Position numbers and translations under genes: made by a program. Shown here piece by piece: positions 1 to 12,581 of a DNA stretch of 64,000 nucleotides; the first letter of the stretch is position 1; each line of letters opens with the position of its first letter. The notes beneath the pieces are model-generated. The model worked only from the letters and a program-made list of their open reading frames with translations. It did no database searches and was not told the origin of the DNA. Source of the DNA: Felis catus (taxonomy: Eukaryota); assembly GCF_018350175.1 (NCBI RefSeq), contig NC_058368.1:195922001-195986000 (forward strand), read 5' to 3'.

Positions 1-2315
1 CCTTGTTTGTAACGATGTACCCAGGCACTACTGAATCCTCTTCCTAGGAAGGTGGGGGCACAGGCAAGGCGTTGGGAACACAGGGTAACTCCTGTTCTCT
101 TGCTCTCACTTCTGCTAATACCAGTGAATTACTGTCTCCCTTACTGAACCCCGCACGTCGAATAACAGCAGCATAGTTCCCTCCCAAAAAAAGGGGGTGG
201 TGGCTCTTCTTTGGCGTGGCATTAGATTTACCACCTGAGAAATTCTGACCATACTGTCTCCCAGTCTGATCTCACAAGGGATCACGGTCTCGCAGATGAA
301 ACCTAAAATGGTAACTGAAAGGTGGACCTGCTGTTAATGATCCAGCACTGGTCTGCTCTCTGCATCCCATTTAGCTATAATCTAGCACTCTAAACATACC
401 CTTCACTGGTTGCCACGGCTCCCATCTTGCTTAGGTTTCCACTGGACAGAAAAGTAGAAATTGTCACATCGTCTTTAGTTTGCGGTGTTTGAAGAAACCC
501 GTGAGATTCTCAAGGCGCTCCCATTTGCCTTTTTCTAAGTGAATACAGGATACTTACTTATCAGTTCCTCTTAAAATTTCTTTGTTGTTAGAACATGGAA
601 CTCTCTTTTGAGAAGAATTGAAGAAGCAAGCACTCACATGTCATGTCAAGGGGGTGGCGAATCCCATTCATTTTAAATGTTGCCACAATATCCAGGGGTT
701 ACCGCTGTCACTGGGAGGCAGCCCTTCTGTGTCTCACTCCCTTCCCCTCCTCTCTGCCCTGCCTCTTTAACTCAATAAGTTGTTCTGGACATTTGGCACC
801 TGGAAAGAGCCCAAAGAAAACTTGGTGGACAAGTTCACTTCTGGAATGCAGATTTTTAGCATGATCCAAAACTAAGGTTCTTTCCACTGATTTGAAGGGT
901 TACATAACGATTAAAATCTCTTGAATCCCAAACTAGATATTAAGATAAGGAACCTTTCCTCTTCCTGAGTTTAAGACTTTTATCATATGGTGTGTCAAAT
1001 AAGACCATTTTGATTGTAAACCATAAAACAGTTCAGCATACTTGCCTAACAGCACACGTGCTGTTTTCTCTTGGTATCCTGGAGTTGGGTTGCTGACCTT
1101 AATTTCTGTGTTTTCTAGAGTGAGATTTGACCAAGTAGACCAGCTGCACCACACTGTCTGTAAAATGTATTGTTAGCAAGTGGCCAACACATTTTTGGGG
1201 AGAAGAGAAATTTCCTGTTTGTCCTTGTTTTGTTTTTAAGTTCAAGCCTTTAGTTAAAAAACGATTAAGATATGTAGTAGTCTAGAACATAGACAGGGCA
1301 TAGTAACTTATTAGCTCCCTCTGGAAGATAAAAATACTTAGGAAGCCTTTGAAAGACACTAAATTGTACTCTAAAGCTTAAGCCGACTTTATGAAACAAT
1401 ATTCCACAGAGTAATATATATGCTGCAGTATGAGAAAAAAATACACATATCGCTAACATTATGAGAGTAATCGGTAAGGTTTAGCCTCTTGGGAGTTGGG
1501 GCAGGGGGTTGTATAATGACAATTTGCAGATGTAGATACAGTTTAATTTTTTGTGACCCCACAGTGTCAAGTCAGTTTTTATTTCACTACCTGCTAGAGC
1601 CTGCTCTGATGCCACTGCTCCATATTTGCTGGTGGAGAAGCTGGACGTCAGAGCGGAGAATGGCTTCCTGTGTTTACACATCTGCAGACTGTACACAGTT
1701 GTATATTGTGCGTTTACGGCATGTAGCTAGTGTTTGTTCCCAAAAGTGGTAATGTTGAAGCCATGGGTCTCATCACCCCCAGGTGACACAGAAACACAAA
1801 AATACTTTTGATCACAGATTTTTTTTTTTTTGCCTTTAGAAGTCAAATTAACGTGAAGAATAACAGAGTCATTGTATGAATGTTTCCTCAAGATAATTTT
1901 CAGTGCAAGCCAGTATTCTGTGTATTAGTAGAAACGGCTCAACACCTGCAGCTGGTGAATTCGGAATTTTGTTACCTGTTTATATTAGATCAGGTGCAAG
2001 ACTGCCAGTGCACAGGCAGTGTGCACCTCTGCAGGCGAATAAGATGGCGTTAGCACCAGAAACTACAGTTTTGGAAACTTAAGGTTAGGTTACTTCGGAT
2101 TTGTGGTTTGATTAGCCCACCAAAGGTTTCTTTTGTTCACAGTGCTTATAGGTGTAATGAGCTAAGTAAATGTCATGCATATTTGTGAAGAAACATCCTT
2201 TTTGGTCCCTTTTGGGAATGAGAGGCACTCCTTGATCCTTATGAATCACAGGTTCCTGTTTTGCCTTATAGCTTAACTTAATGTAGTGAAATAAAGCAGA
2301 CAAAGCTTGAGCGTG
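1..2315 (+). other. DCTN4: Probable 3' UTR / 3' end of DCTN4 (no coding exon in window)
   Basis: Repeat-poor, UTR-like sequence ending in AATAAA (2290-2295) followed by a GT/T-rich element. Gene identity is inferred only from the conserved order DCTN4-RBM22-MYOZ3-SYNPO. Confidence 0.55.
2290..2295 (+). terminator. Polyadenylation signal (upstream gene, probably DCTN4)
   Basis: AATAAA followed about 17 nt later by GTGTCTTTTGTTTGCTTT. Confidence 0.55.
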
Positions 2316-2769
2316 TCTTTTGTTTGCTTTCCTGAGGGCTGATTGGAATAGCACGGCTCAGAGTCCAAAGACTGGCTTGAAGAGAGTTAGTCTGAGAGGT
2401 GGTGGGGCCTGCTCCCTCTTCCATTTCTTTCAGTGAACGAAGCTAAAACCTCGTGTCAAGTCAGTTCCCTGTAACATACAGGTAGATGTTGCCTGAGCTC
2501 CTTATCGATGTCTTCTCAGAACCATGATATAAATGTTATGTTCAGCTTTTATCCTGCGTTGTTGCTCCCAAAGCTTACTTGCAGCTGCCCAGAATGGCCC
2601 ACTCCCAAGTGGCCGCCACTCCACCTTCACCTGGACTTCTGTGACCCTGCCTTCCCCCCGCCCCAGGACTGTGGGTGACCCATTCGCACCCCTGTCTAAA
2701 GCTGGCCCCACCACCTGGCACAGTCAGTCTCGTCCTCTCACCTGTCCCCAGACGCCCCTTCAGCAGTGC

Positions 2770-4190
2770 CCCCTCCACTCTCCTGCATCGTTGCCATATA
2801 TGTGCTAGGATCTCTCTTATCTTAGGAGCTGACCTCACGCCCCTCTTCAGCTGCCACCCCATTTCTCTCCTCCCTTTTCAGCAGAACTCCTTCAAAAACT
2901 TTTAGTTCCGTCTCCTGTACTCACCTGAGCCCATTCCACCTAGGCTGCCACCCCAGCATGTCACCAAAATTGCTCTTGTCAAGTTCTTTAGCAATCCACA
3001 TGGCTAATTCTCCGTCCTTATCTACTTAATCTTTCACTAGCATCTGGCAGCTGATCTCTCCCTTCTTAAACCTGTTTTCTCTTGGTTTCCAGAACACAGC
3101 TGATTTTGCTTCCCTCTTACTGGCAACTTTTCTTGCAGATCCTTTGCTGGCCCTTTCCCGTCGTCCCAAGCTTGGAGTGTGCCAGGTCTCATTCCTTATG
3201 CTTTTGTCTCTGCTCACTCTTAGTGATCTCACCATTTTCACACTACCTATTAAATTTACATACCAACTCTAGAATAGTCTCTGAAAGTTCAAAATCACAG
3301 TGGATTTCCTCTCACCACGTCTGCCCCTCCTGCATTCATCTCTAAATGGCACCTGTATCCTTTCAGTTGCTCACAACAAAAACCTTAGCATCAAGCTTGA
3401 CTCTACGTGCCACATGCAGTAAGTCAGCAAATCCTACCAGCTGTGTCTTCACACTGTGACGTCACATGCTCTCCAACGTTACTCTCCTGGGCCAAATCAC
3501 CATAGGCTCTATAAAACCCTAGGATATTGCAGTAGCATCTAAACTGGTCTGGAAACTACCCTGGCCCCTGGCCCCACCTGTTAGTCCATGTTCAACACAG
3601 CAGCCAGAGTGAATAAGGCATTCTTCCGCTTCAAACTCAAGCTTTTGAGCTTGGTAGAACAAAAAAATACAAACTCCTTACAGTGGCTTGTGAGGTCCTA
3701 CATGACATGAACCTACGTGATGTGAAACCCCACTACTGCCTCCTTGAACTCATCTATTACTTCCCCATGCTCCCTCCACCCCAACCACACCAGTTTCTGC
3801 TGTTGCTGAGTCACCCAGTCAGGGGTCTTAGGGCCTTTGCATGGGCTGTTCCATCTGCTTGGAAAACTCCTCCCAGATATCTGTATAACTTACACCATCA
3901 TCACAATCAGGCCTTTGCTCAAATATTTCCTTTTTAGTGAGGCTTTCCCTGACCACCCTACTCAATGGTGGAAAACTACCGTCCCTAAGCACATTTCTAT
4001 CCCCTTGGTTACTTGTTTGCTTTTTTTTTGCATAGCACTAAACACCAGCATAATGATATACTTTATTTTCTGACACATGACACTAGAACATAAGCTCTGT
4101 AGTGCAGGGATTCTGTCTTTCATTTTTTAATTGCTGTATCTGCAGAGCCTACAATACCTGATGGTAGGCACCTTAATTTGTTGTATTAAT
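2770..4190 (+). mobile_element. Degraded LINE2 (L2) fragments
   Basis: L2-like pyrimidine-rich text (e.g. GGGCCTTTGCATGGGCTGTTCCATCTGCTTGGAA) and an L2-like 3' end near 4080-4190. Confidence 0.6.
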
Positions 4191-4719
4191 GTTATCCTTT
4201 TCCTTATGTATGTACCTGTTGATCTTCTAGCTTTTTTTTTAATATACCTATGCCTCTTTTTTGTCATAAGCCAAATATCGTGCTTGCCTTGAGCATTCTT
4301 GTTCTGTTGTTTTCTCTACCTAGAATACTCTTCCTTCTCTGTGTGCCTTCTCTAGAATTACTTCCCTGCTCTCTCCTCCCATCTCTCCCTTCCTCTCATC
4401 TAGATGTGACCTTGATCCACAGCACTGTATCTCTTAAGAACATTGACCTCTTCCTTCTTTATGGGGTTTTGTATGTGTGTAGTTCAGTTACTGGATTGTA
4501 GACTCCTTCAGAGCCAAATTCAGGACCCCTTCTCATCTGTTTTTCCTTTATTTCATCAAACTAAAAACAATTAGAGCTGAGTCGCTTGTTCAGTTGCTAT
4601 ACTTAACTTTGTTTATCCTCATTTTCTGGTGGTCAGGGACATCTACAGCAAAATATATTTCACAGTGTGAGACACCCACACAAGATAATGACTTTAAGTA
4701 TTAAATGAAAGTAACATTA

Positions 4720-5346
4720 GGGGTGCCTGGGTGGGTCAGTTAAGCATCTGACTCTTGTTCTCGCCTCAGGTCATGATCTCATTCTCATAGTTCATGGGAT
4801 CAAGCCTGTCTTGAGCTCTGCACTGACAGCGTGGAGCCTGCTTATAATTCTCTCTCAATATAAATAAACGCTAAAAAAAAACAAAAACAAAACAACAACA
4901 ACAAAACATTAGGGGCACCTGGGTGGTTCAGTCGGTTAAGCGTCCAACTCTTGGTTTTGGCTCAGGTCATGCTCTCACAGTTTGTGAGTTTGAGCCCTAC
5001 ATCGGGCTCTGCACTGACAGTGAGGAGACTGCTTGGGATTCTGTCTCCCCCTCTTTCTCTGCCCATCCCCCACTTGCATGCACGCTCTCTCTCTCTCTCT
5101 CTCAAAATAAGCAAACATTTTTAAAAAAGTAACATTAGGGGCGCCTGGGTGGCTCAGTTGGGCGTCTGACTTTGGCTCAGGTCATGATCTCGCAGTTTGT
5201 GAGTTCAAGCCCCATGTCAGGCTTTGTGCTGACAGCTTGCTCAGAGCCTGGAGGCTGCTCCAGATTTTGTCTCCCTTTCTCTCTGCCCCTCCCCTGCTCA
5301 CATTCTGTCTCTGTCTCTCTCATAAATAAACATTAAAAAATAATAA
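4720..5346 (+). mobile_element. Three head-to-tail Can-SINEs (starts 4720, 4912, 5138)
   Basis: Each starts GGGG(T/C)(G/A)CCTGGGTGG..TCAG, contains TCAGGTCAT(G), a (CT)n stretch and an A-rich tail. They are separated by copies of AAAGTAACATTA. Confidence 0.9.
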
Positions 5347-5649
5347 AAAGTAACATTAAATAATAGAGAATCAACCAGTGAAAAAATATTTTCCTCATGT
5401 TTTTATCCCTATCCTTCTGGTTAAATCAAGGAAAAAGTATCAATACTCATGTTTGTAACATCTAACACTTCCTCTTCTTTTTTAAACCTAGGCTTCTAGT
5501 TCAGAGTCTTTGGCAGACAACAGTAGCTACTTACTAAAAAAAAAGGCTGTTTCATTTTCATTCTATTTGTTTTTAAGGCTGCATCTAAATATGTGATACT
5601 ATTTTCCATTTACAGAAGTGATAGAAAGTTTCCTCTTAAACTATATTTT

Positions 5650-8095
5650 GAAATGAAATCACTCAGGAGTGAAATCACTTCTGCCCACGATACGGGTATC
5701 TGGAAAGAGTGTCACCCCCCGCCCCCACTCAAAAAAGAAAAGGTGGATAGATGAGAAAGTCATAAATTTTACTGGATCTATCAGAGAGCTGATGTGGCAG
5801 CGCAGCCAAATAGCTTGAATTTCAAGGGGGGGGGGGGCGGTGCGGGGAACGGGGAGGGACAGACCCCTCCAAGGAGAGGTCAGACATGCACAGCATGGGA
5901 GGAAGAAGTGTTGACCATTATAAGCAGGTAAGAGGAAATCAACAAAAATCTTAAAGAATTGTTTGAACGGTCATATTTGGGCTAACAAAACAGTACAAAA
6001 TCCCTGGGAGCCTAAGACACTCAGGGAGCTTGCATGCATTCACAAGCTCTTTCCAGAATCTCCACCAAGTATTCATGAGAAAGACCTGCAGGGAGGGGAG
6101 AGTGCTGGAGCTCTACAGGGCCTCCTTGGTTTGGAGGCCGCAGAAGAGATCTGCTGCTTCTGTAGGAAAGGCCTGAGAGCCTGCCTCCTTCTGCCCAGGC
6201 CCCTCCCTCATAAGGAGAAAAAGGCCGCTGGGGGAGGAACAGAAAATCATGTCTCCCCAGGGCACAGGTAAAGACCCACGGCTGCTGGGGCACGGTAAGA
6301 AAAAGCTTCTACTCTTGGGGGCAGAGGACAAGATTCAGTCCTGAGCCCCAAAAATCTATAGCAACCAATACCATTAAAGTTCTACCACTGCAGGAAGGGC
6401 AGGAAACTCTCCCTGACAAGGCCGGCTACAGGCACAAGTCACAGTTTGGCTGTCATAGACAGCAGGGGCAGGAATGTTAAGAAAAAAAACCACTCGTGAG
6501 GCCTGGCCACAAAGGACCCACTAAAGACGGAAGTTGAACTGGAACAAAGAACCTCCAACAAATTCCCAACTACCGACCTAGCAAGGAACTAATAACAGCA
6601 GCTGCTGGGGGAAAAGCAAGGCCACAGAGACTCACCACTAAGGTTCGGGTGTGCAGGACAGTTGAACGCTAAGGATAAAATATGAACACTTGAGAAAAGT
6701 TCTTCAACCCCATCCTAAAGCACAAAATAATGCTAGAGGATACGAAATCTGTAATGCATGGAAGGCAACCATAGCAACAACAAAACCCAACCCCAGTTCA
6801 ATTTCTGACTAGATTGACCAAACCCCACACACGTGGCCTGACAGATCTGCCCACTTCCCAGCATCTACCTCAGTCTACTGCTACATAAGCAATGACTGGC
6901 ATTCAATAAAAAAAAAAAATTGAGTTACACAAAGAAGCAAGGAAGAAACAACTCATTTTTCACAGACAAAACAATAAGACCATATACAGATATGACCCAG
7001 ATGTTGGAACTATCAAGGATTCAAACTCTGATTGATATGTTGAAAAAAGTAGTTGAAAATATGGATAATATGTATGGACATGTTTCAGCAGAGAGGTGGA
7101 AACTGTAAGAGACAAATTGAAATAAAAAACAGGATCAGAGAGGAAGAATATCTTTTACAGGCTCATCAGTAGAATTGTCATAGCTAAGGAAATAATCAGG
7201 AAACTTGGAGATCGGTCAACAGAAATTATCCATAATTGAGCCGCCTCCTCCTAAAAAGGGAGGAAATAACACCACAGTTTTCAAGAGCTATGGGACAGTA
7301 TCACGTGGTCTGATGTGTGTAATTGGAGTCCCGGATAGAGAAGAAACTAGGCAGAAGAGTAAAGAAATGATGTCTAAGAATTTGCCAAACAGCAAACGAT
7401 AACAAACCCTAGGGGCACCTGGCTGGTTCAGTCGTTACAGCACGCAACTCTTGATCTCTGGGTTGTGGTTTTGAGCCCCATGCTGGGCATAGAGTTTTCT
7501 ATACAAAAAAATTGTTTTTAAATCTTAAAAAAAAAAAAAAAAAGACAACAAACCATAAAGAAGCTCAGCTAAATCCAAGCACTTTGCCTTACAGGAAAAT
7601 ATACACTTACCATATGATCAAGTAATCCCACTCCTTGGTATTTACAAGTGAAAACCTATGTCCATGCAATAACATGTATGTAAATGTTTATAACGGCTTT
7701 ATTTATATTCACTGAAATCTGGAACAACTCAAATGACCATCAACTGGAATATGGATTTTTTTTTTTAACCCACCCGGTACATCCAAGAATCTCAGCAATG
7801 AAAAGAACAAATATGGAAGACTCTCAAATACTATACTGGAAGAAAAAGAAATCAGACCCAAAAGGCTATAATAGGACTCCACTTATGATTTTCTGGAAAC
7901 AGCGAAACTATAGGGACAGAACAGATCAGTGCTTGTCAGGACTGTGTGTGGGGAGAGGGGAATTTACTTGGTCACGAGGAAACTTTTTGGAGTGATGAAA
8001 CTATTCTATATTTGTAGTGAATATATGTAAAAATTCATAACTATACAACTAAAAGGTAAACTTTTACTGTACATAAGTTCAACCTGATTTTTTAA
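5650..8095 (+). mobile_element. Old LINE1 (L1M-type) remnant interrupted by a SINE
   Basis: A-rich strand, ORF1-like remnants (6920-7402) and ORF2 C-terminal/3' UTR-like text (MFITALFI.. at 7684). Confidence 0.7.
7412..7543 (+). mobile_element. Short Can-SINE inserted in the L1
   Basis: GGGGCACCTGGCTGGTTCAGTC head, poly(A) tail, flanking AACAAACC duplication. Confidence 0.8.
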
Positions 8096-8111
8096 AAACT
8101 GTGGTGACTTA

Positions 8112-8332
8112 GGGGCGCCTGGGTGGCTCAGTCGATTAAACATCTGACTTCAGCTCAGGTCATGATCTAACAGCTTGTGGGTTCGAGCCCCACGTCGGGC
8201 TCTGTGCTGACAGCTTGGAGCCTGGAGCCTGCTTTGGATTCTGTGTCTCCTCTGCCTCTCTGCCCCTCCCCTGCTCGTGCTCTGTGTGTGTGTGTCTCTC
8301 TCAAAAATGAATAAACATTAAAAAAAAAAAAA
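8112..8332 (+). mobile_element. Can-SINE (feliform type)
   Basis: Full consensus. Target-site duplication AAAACTGTGGTGACTT on both sides. Confidence 0.92.
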
Positions 8333-8637
8333 CAAAACTGTGGTGACTTGAACATAATAGGTATTCTAATGATACACTGTAAGTGTACAGAATGCTTGAA
8401 TTCCTAAAATATTGGCAGTGCAGTAATGAGTTGTTCAAAAAACGATGTAACGATGCATGCGATGATGCATAAGACCCTTTAAATTTCAAGAGGGAAAACA
8501 CTACTATTGTCTTTGTATTTGTGGCTTCACCATTTATTAGCTACACTACCAGAAGAAGCAAGCTAATTACTGGCTCTAAGCCTCACTCTCCTTTTCTATA
8601 AAACAGGGACAATCACACTTGCCTAGAGGGTAGTGGT

Positions 8638-8801
8638 TTGCCAGATACAATAAGGATATCCAGCTAAATTTGACTTTCAGATAAACGAGTCATTATTTTA
8701 GTATAAATCTATTTGGGACATATTTATACCAAAATATGGTTTGTTGTTGATCTGAAATTCAACTTTAGACGTTCTGTGTTTTTGCTTGTTAAAACCGGCA
8801 A
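8638..8801. mobile_element. MER53-like palindromic hAT MITE
   Basis: TTGCCAGAT...AAATTTGACTTTCAGATAAAC...GGGACATATTTATAC...ATCTGAAATTCAA...GGCAA resembles the MER53 consensus and is an imperfect inverted repeat. Confidence 0.75.
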
Positions 8802-9009
8802 TTATTGTGAGAAATAAGACACTGGCACGTCAAGACGTTTGCCCAACGTTTGGCATAATAAACGCTCCACGGGAGCTAACGCTGTTTGAATCCCATCCCC
8901 TCATTCCTTGCTTGTTCCTCTATTCTTTCGCTCAATTTTAAAATAAACCTATTGTACTTCGGCTCTTCTTCCTAAGCACGGACCAACTCAAAGAAAGGAT
9001 CAGGGAAAC

Positions 9010-9650
9010 CCACCAGGCCGCCGAATTGTTAAGCGAAGAAATTCCGGGCGACGTCATGACGCACGAGGCCCGCCCCCAAGGGCGCCCAAGACGCATAAAT
9101 AAGACGTCAACGGGCCGGGAACCAGCCTCGGGGCCTGACGGGATTGTGGCGGTCCTCTCTCCCAACTCGGAAGCCGCCACTGCCTCCAGACGCTCTCAAG
9201 ATGGCGACTTCTCTGGGTTCCAACACCTACAACAGGCAGAACTGGGAAGATGCGGTGAGTATGCCTGCCGGAGGAGGACGGAGAGAGGCGGCGAAGCCGG
9301 GCCTCTTTGGGGCGGGCAGGGCCGTGGCTGTGGATCGGCCGAAGGAATTCCGGGAAGGAGCCAGCGCTGCGGCCTAGCTCGGCCAAAGCGGGAGGCTGGA
9401 GGGCGGCCCTCCTTCGGGCTTGGAGGGAGGGGGCTTAGCCAGGGTCCGGGACCTGCCCCCTTCCCACCCCTGCCCTCTCCTCTCATTTCGAGCTGGTCTT
9501 TTTTTCCCGCCGCTTGCCGGAAGTGCAGACAGCGCCCCCTCCCGCGACCGGGCCCGTGCAGAACCTCGGGTTCCTGCCCTACCCTGTCCCCCACCCTCGC
9601 TCCTCGCCTCCCCTCCCTCCCCCCGTCCCCACGAGTGTGGCTGAGATGGC
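9010..9650 (+). promoter_or_regulatory. RBM22 CpG-island promoter, exon 1 and intron 1
   Basis: CpG-dense. CRE/ATF-like GACGTCA (about 9050 and 9103) and TGACG, ETS core CGGAAG (9168), YY1-type AAGATGGCG overlapping the start codon (9198-9206). Confidence 0.85.
9201..9254 (+). CDS. RBM22: RBM22 pre-mRNA splicing factor, coding exon 1
   Basis: MATSLGSNTYNRQNWEDA, GTGAGT donor. Confidence 0.97.
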
Positions 9651-9697
9651 AGGGTCTTCCGAGCCTGGCTTTCAACCAGATTTCCCACTTTCACCAG

Positions 9698-9751
9698 GAC
9701 TTCCCCATTCTGTGCCAGACATGTCTTGGAGAAAACCCATATATTCGAATG
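9698..9751 (+). CDS. RBM22: RBM22 exon 2
   Basis: DFPILCQTCLGENPYIRM, AG/GT boundaries. Confidence 0.97.
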
Positions 9752-10708
9752 GTGAGTAATCGCGTGTGAAACGAGAGTTATTCAGGTTCTGTCGTTGTTG
9801 CGTTACCTACACGCTGTCCGTGAAATGCTTCTCCTAGCCAAGCCAAAGCAATGATGCTCCTTTACTAACCCAAAACACAGGACGATTTGCAAAGGACTGT
9901 CATGCTTTTTCTGTCTTTGGAACTCAGCGGCATTCCTGAGATCCAGGAGTCATAACAACAGCTAATATTTGTTGAGCATTTATCTAAGAGTGAGGTGTAT
10001 TAACCAGGCAAATACGGTTTATGTTTTTTCGGTATGGCAAGCAAGGAGCAGAGCTTGGATGTAAATTCAGATAGGCTGACTCCAGGGACCTTAGCAAGGA
10101 AGGAGGAGAAACTCGGTGTCCTGATTCCTAATCCAATGCATTTTGGCCACTGCACCTTGTAATCTGTTTAGTGTAAGGTAACCCCATCCTTATAAATAAG
10201 GGTAAAATCACCAGCAGTTAACATTTAATAATTAGAATAGGGCTGTGTTGTGATCCGTCTCAGAGATCTTGATTGACTGTATACAGATTGTCTGCACAGG
10301 AGGGTATAATAGGTACCTCTGACTAAACTTTGTAAAATGGGCTAGCCATAGCTACGTCCTCCATGATTTGGGGACTGTGGACACTATTAGGAATTTTAGT
10401 TCTTAAGCGAGAACTCGGGAGCCAGAAGTGAGCGGAAGAGTTGTGGCAGTGGAAACATACATATTTACCCAGTATTAGATCCATAAGATTCTTAAGAGAG
10501 TATAATTCATAGCAGGTAGTTAGAATATATCTCTGTCATCCCCTGCCCGCCCCCCCCCCCCAAAAGAGGTGGTCCCCACACACAGATACACACCTCATTA
10601 GGATGCCGGGGATCTCCAGACACATTCTTAGATTGTATTTAGGGAAGGAGCAGACATCTAGTTTTTTTCTTTCTGTAACCTGCTGTTTTCTATTTTTTTC
10701 TGTTTCAG

Positions 10709-10738
10709 ACCAAAGAAAAGTATGGGAAGGAATGCAAA
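10709..10738 (+). CDS. RBM22: RBM22 exon 3 (30 nt)
   Basis: TKEKYGKECK, strong polypyrimidine tract, GTAAGC donor. Confidence 0.96.
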
Positions 10739-11009
10739 GTAAGCATGTCTCTTAAAGAGTAATGATTTGATTTGATTTTCCTTTTCTTTTCAATTTGCTG
10801 GGCTTTGAGCTTCTCCAGTAAAAGTCAATGCTTCACAGACTTTCATTTATCATTTATGTACTCACTGACTGTTAACTGTTTAGTGTGAGAGGTAAGAAAG
10901 TGAGGCCTTTAATGTAAAGGTTCTTAACCTGGCATCTGTGAATGGGCTTTGAACCCTCAGAGATGGTATACTGAGTGTTGTTGTCTGACCGTGCACATGA
11001 GGATTTAAA

Positions 11010-11214
11010 TTTTTTTTTGACATTAATTTATATTTGAGAGACAGAGCACAAGCTGGGGAGGAGCAGAGAGAGAGGAAGACACAGAATCCGAAGTGGGCTC
11101 CAGGCTCTGAGCTGTCAGCACAGAGCTTGAGACAGGGCTCAAACTCACGAACTGTGAGATCATGACCTGAGCCGAGGTCAGATGCTTAACCGACTGAGCC
11201 ACCCAGGAGCTTCC
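11010..11214 (-). mobile_element. Can-SINE antisense in RBM22 intron 3
   Basis: Reverse-complement consensus (…CATGACCTGAGCCGAGGTCAGATGCTTAACCGACTGAGCCACCCAGG). Confidence 0.9.
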
Positions 11215-11573
11215 AAGTGAGGATTTTAGCAGAGGAGGAAGGTCATAGCTGTCATAAGATTCTTAAAGGAGTATATGGCATTCCCCACTGTCCCCCCAAA
11301 AGATTAAGGGTCATATGTTAATGGTGGTTACCTCTAGTGTGGGGAGGACTTTGACTTTTGAGTATTTCATTTCTGTACTGTGTTAATTTTTTAACTCCTG
11401 GGGATGGGTGTTCTAAATGGAATCGAAATGTCAGATGGTGTTTAGACTACATGATTGCTAAGATCTCTTCTAAACCCTAGAGTCAAGGATCCTTTCTTTA
11501 AATCCCCTGTTGTTATTAAATCCCCTAGCTTGATTGGCCAGACCACCATCAGGACTCTTACTTTGTTTTCCAG

Positions 11574-11706
11574 ATCTGTGCCAGGCCATTCACAGTATTT
11601 CGCTGGTGCCCCGGTGTCCGCATGCGTTTCAAGAAGACTGAAGTGTGCCAAACCTGCAGTAAATTGAAGAATGTCTGTCAGACGTGCCTCTTGGACCTAG
11701 AATATG
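11574..11706 (+). CDS. RBM22: RBM22 exon 4
   Basis: [48 protein letters not shown]. Confidence 0.97.
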
Positions 11707-12346
11707 GTATGTTTGCCCTGTCTAACAGATCTAAAACCATGCAGATGCAGGTGCCCTAAATGACAAATTAGTCTTTGTTTCCTACTTCTCACCCCATCTC
11801 CAGTTCTGATCCCCCTTTGGAGTGCCTTTTGTGCTCTGCTTTTCCTAGGAAGAGGAGAATCGGGCCAGGCCATCCTAGAGCCCTTCCGGACAAGGGGAGG
11901 AACTTAACTCAAGGAAAAGTTGGGAATTAATCAGGACTGGCCCAAACCTCTCTGTACATCCGTGTAGCCAAAGTGAGGCAAAGGCATTGTTCCTATGGTA
12001 GATAATCTCTTTGCCTTGGACTTCTTTCAAAATCCAAAGCTCTTTCCCACAATCCCTACCAGAAGCATAGGCTAATTGTGCTTTAGATTTCTATGTTTTG
12101 GGGACTGATGTGCTATAACTGCTCCTATTTTAAAAGTAATTTGGGAGTGATTTTTTTTTTTTTTTTAACTACAAGTGACTTTTTGTTTATGAGAAAAATA
12201 CTTTTTCAATAAGAGTTTCTACTATACAATAACATAAAAGGGAAAATATAAGTTTATGTATGTTAAGAAAGTTAGCTGCTAATCAGAGTCCTGGTCATAT
12301 ATTGTTTAATATTATTTACTTACATGTTTGTTAAAAGAAGTGTTCT

Positions 12347-12581
12347 GGGGGCACCTGGGTGGCTCAGTCGGTTAAGCGTCCGACTTCGGCTCAGGTCATG
12401 ATCTCTCGGTCCGTGAGTTCAAGCCCCGCGTCGGGCCCTGGGCTGACAGCTTAGAGCCTGGAGCCTGTTTCAGATTCTGTGTCTCCCTCTCTCTCTGCCC
12501 CTCCCCCATTCATGCTCTGTCTCTCCCTGTCTCAAAAATAAATAAACGTTAAAAAAATTAAAAAAAAAAAAAAAAAAAAAA
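12347..12581 (+). mobile_element. Young Can-SINE in RBM22 intron 4
   Basis: Intact CpGs, long pure poly(A), target-site duplication AAAAGAAGTGTTCTGG. Confidence 0.93.

Noticed and set aside
4708..5358. CRISPR-like repeat-spacer array
   Set aside because: The spacers are SINE copies of about 200 bp and the repeats are target-site duplications. The DNA is mammalian and has no cas genes.
9026..9769. 247-aa ORF over the RBM22 promoter
   Set aside because: Non-ATG start in a GC-rich, stop-poor island. Only the last part (exon 2) matches RBM22.
12347..12430. tRNA gene-like A/B boxes
   Set aside because: These are tRNA-derived heads of Can-SINEs, not tRNA genes. The same applies to all copies.
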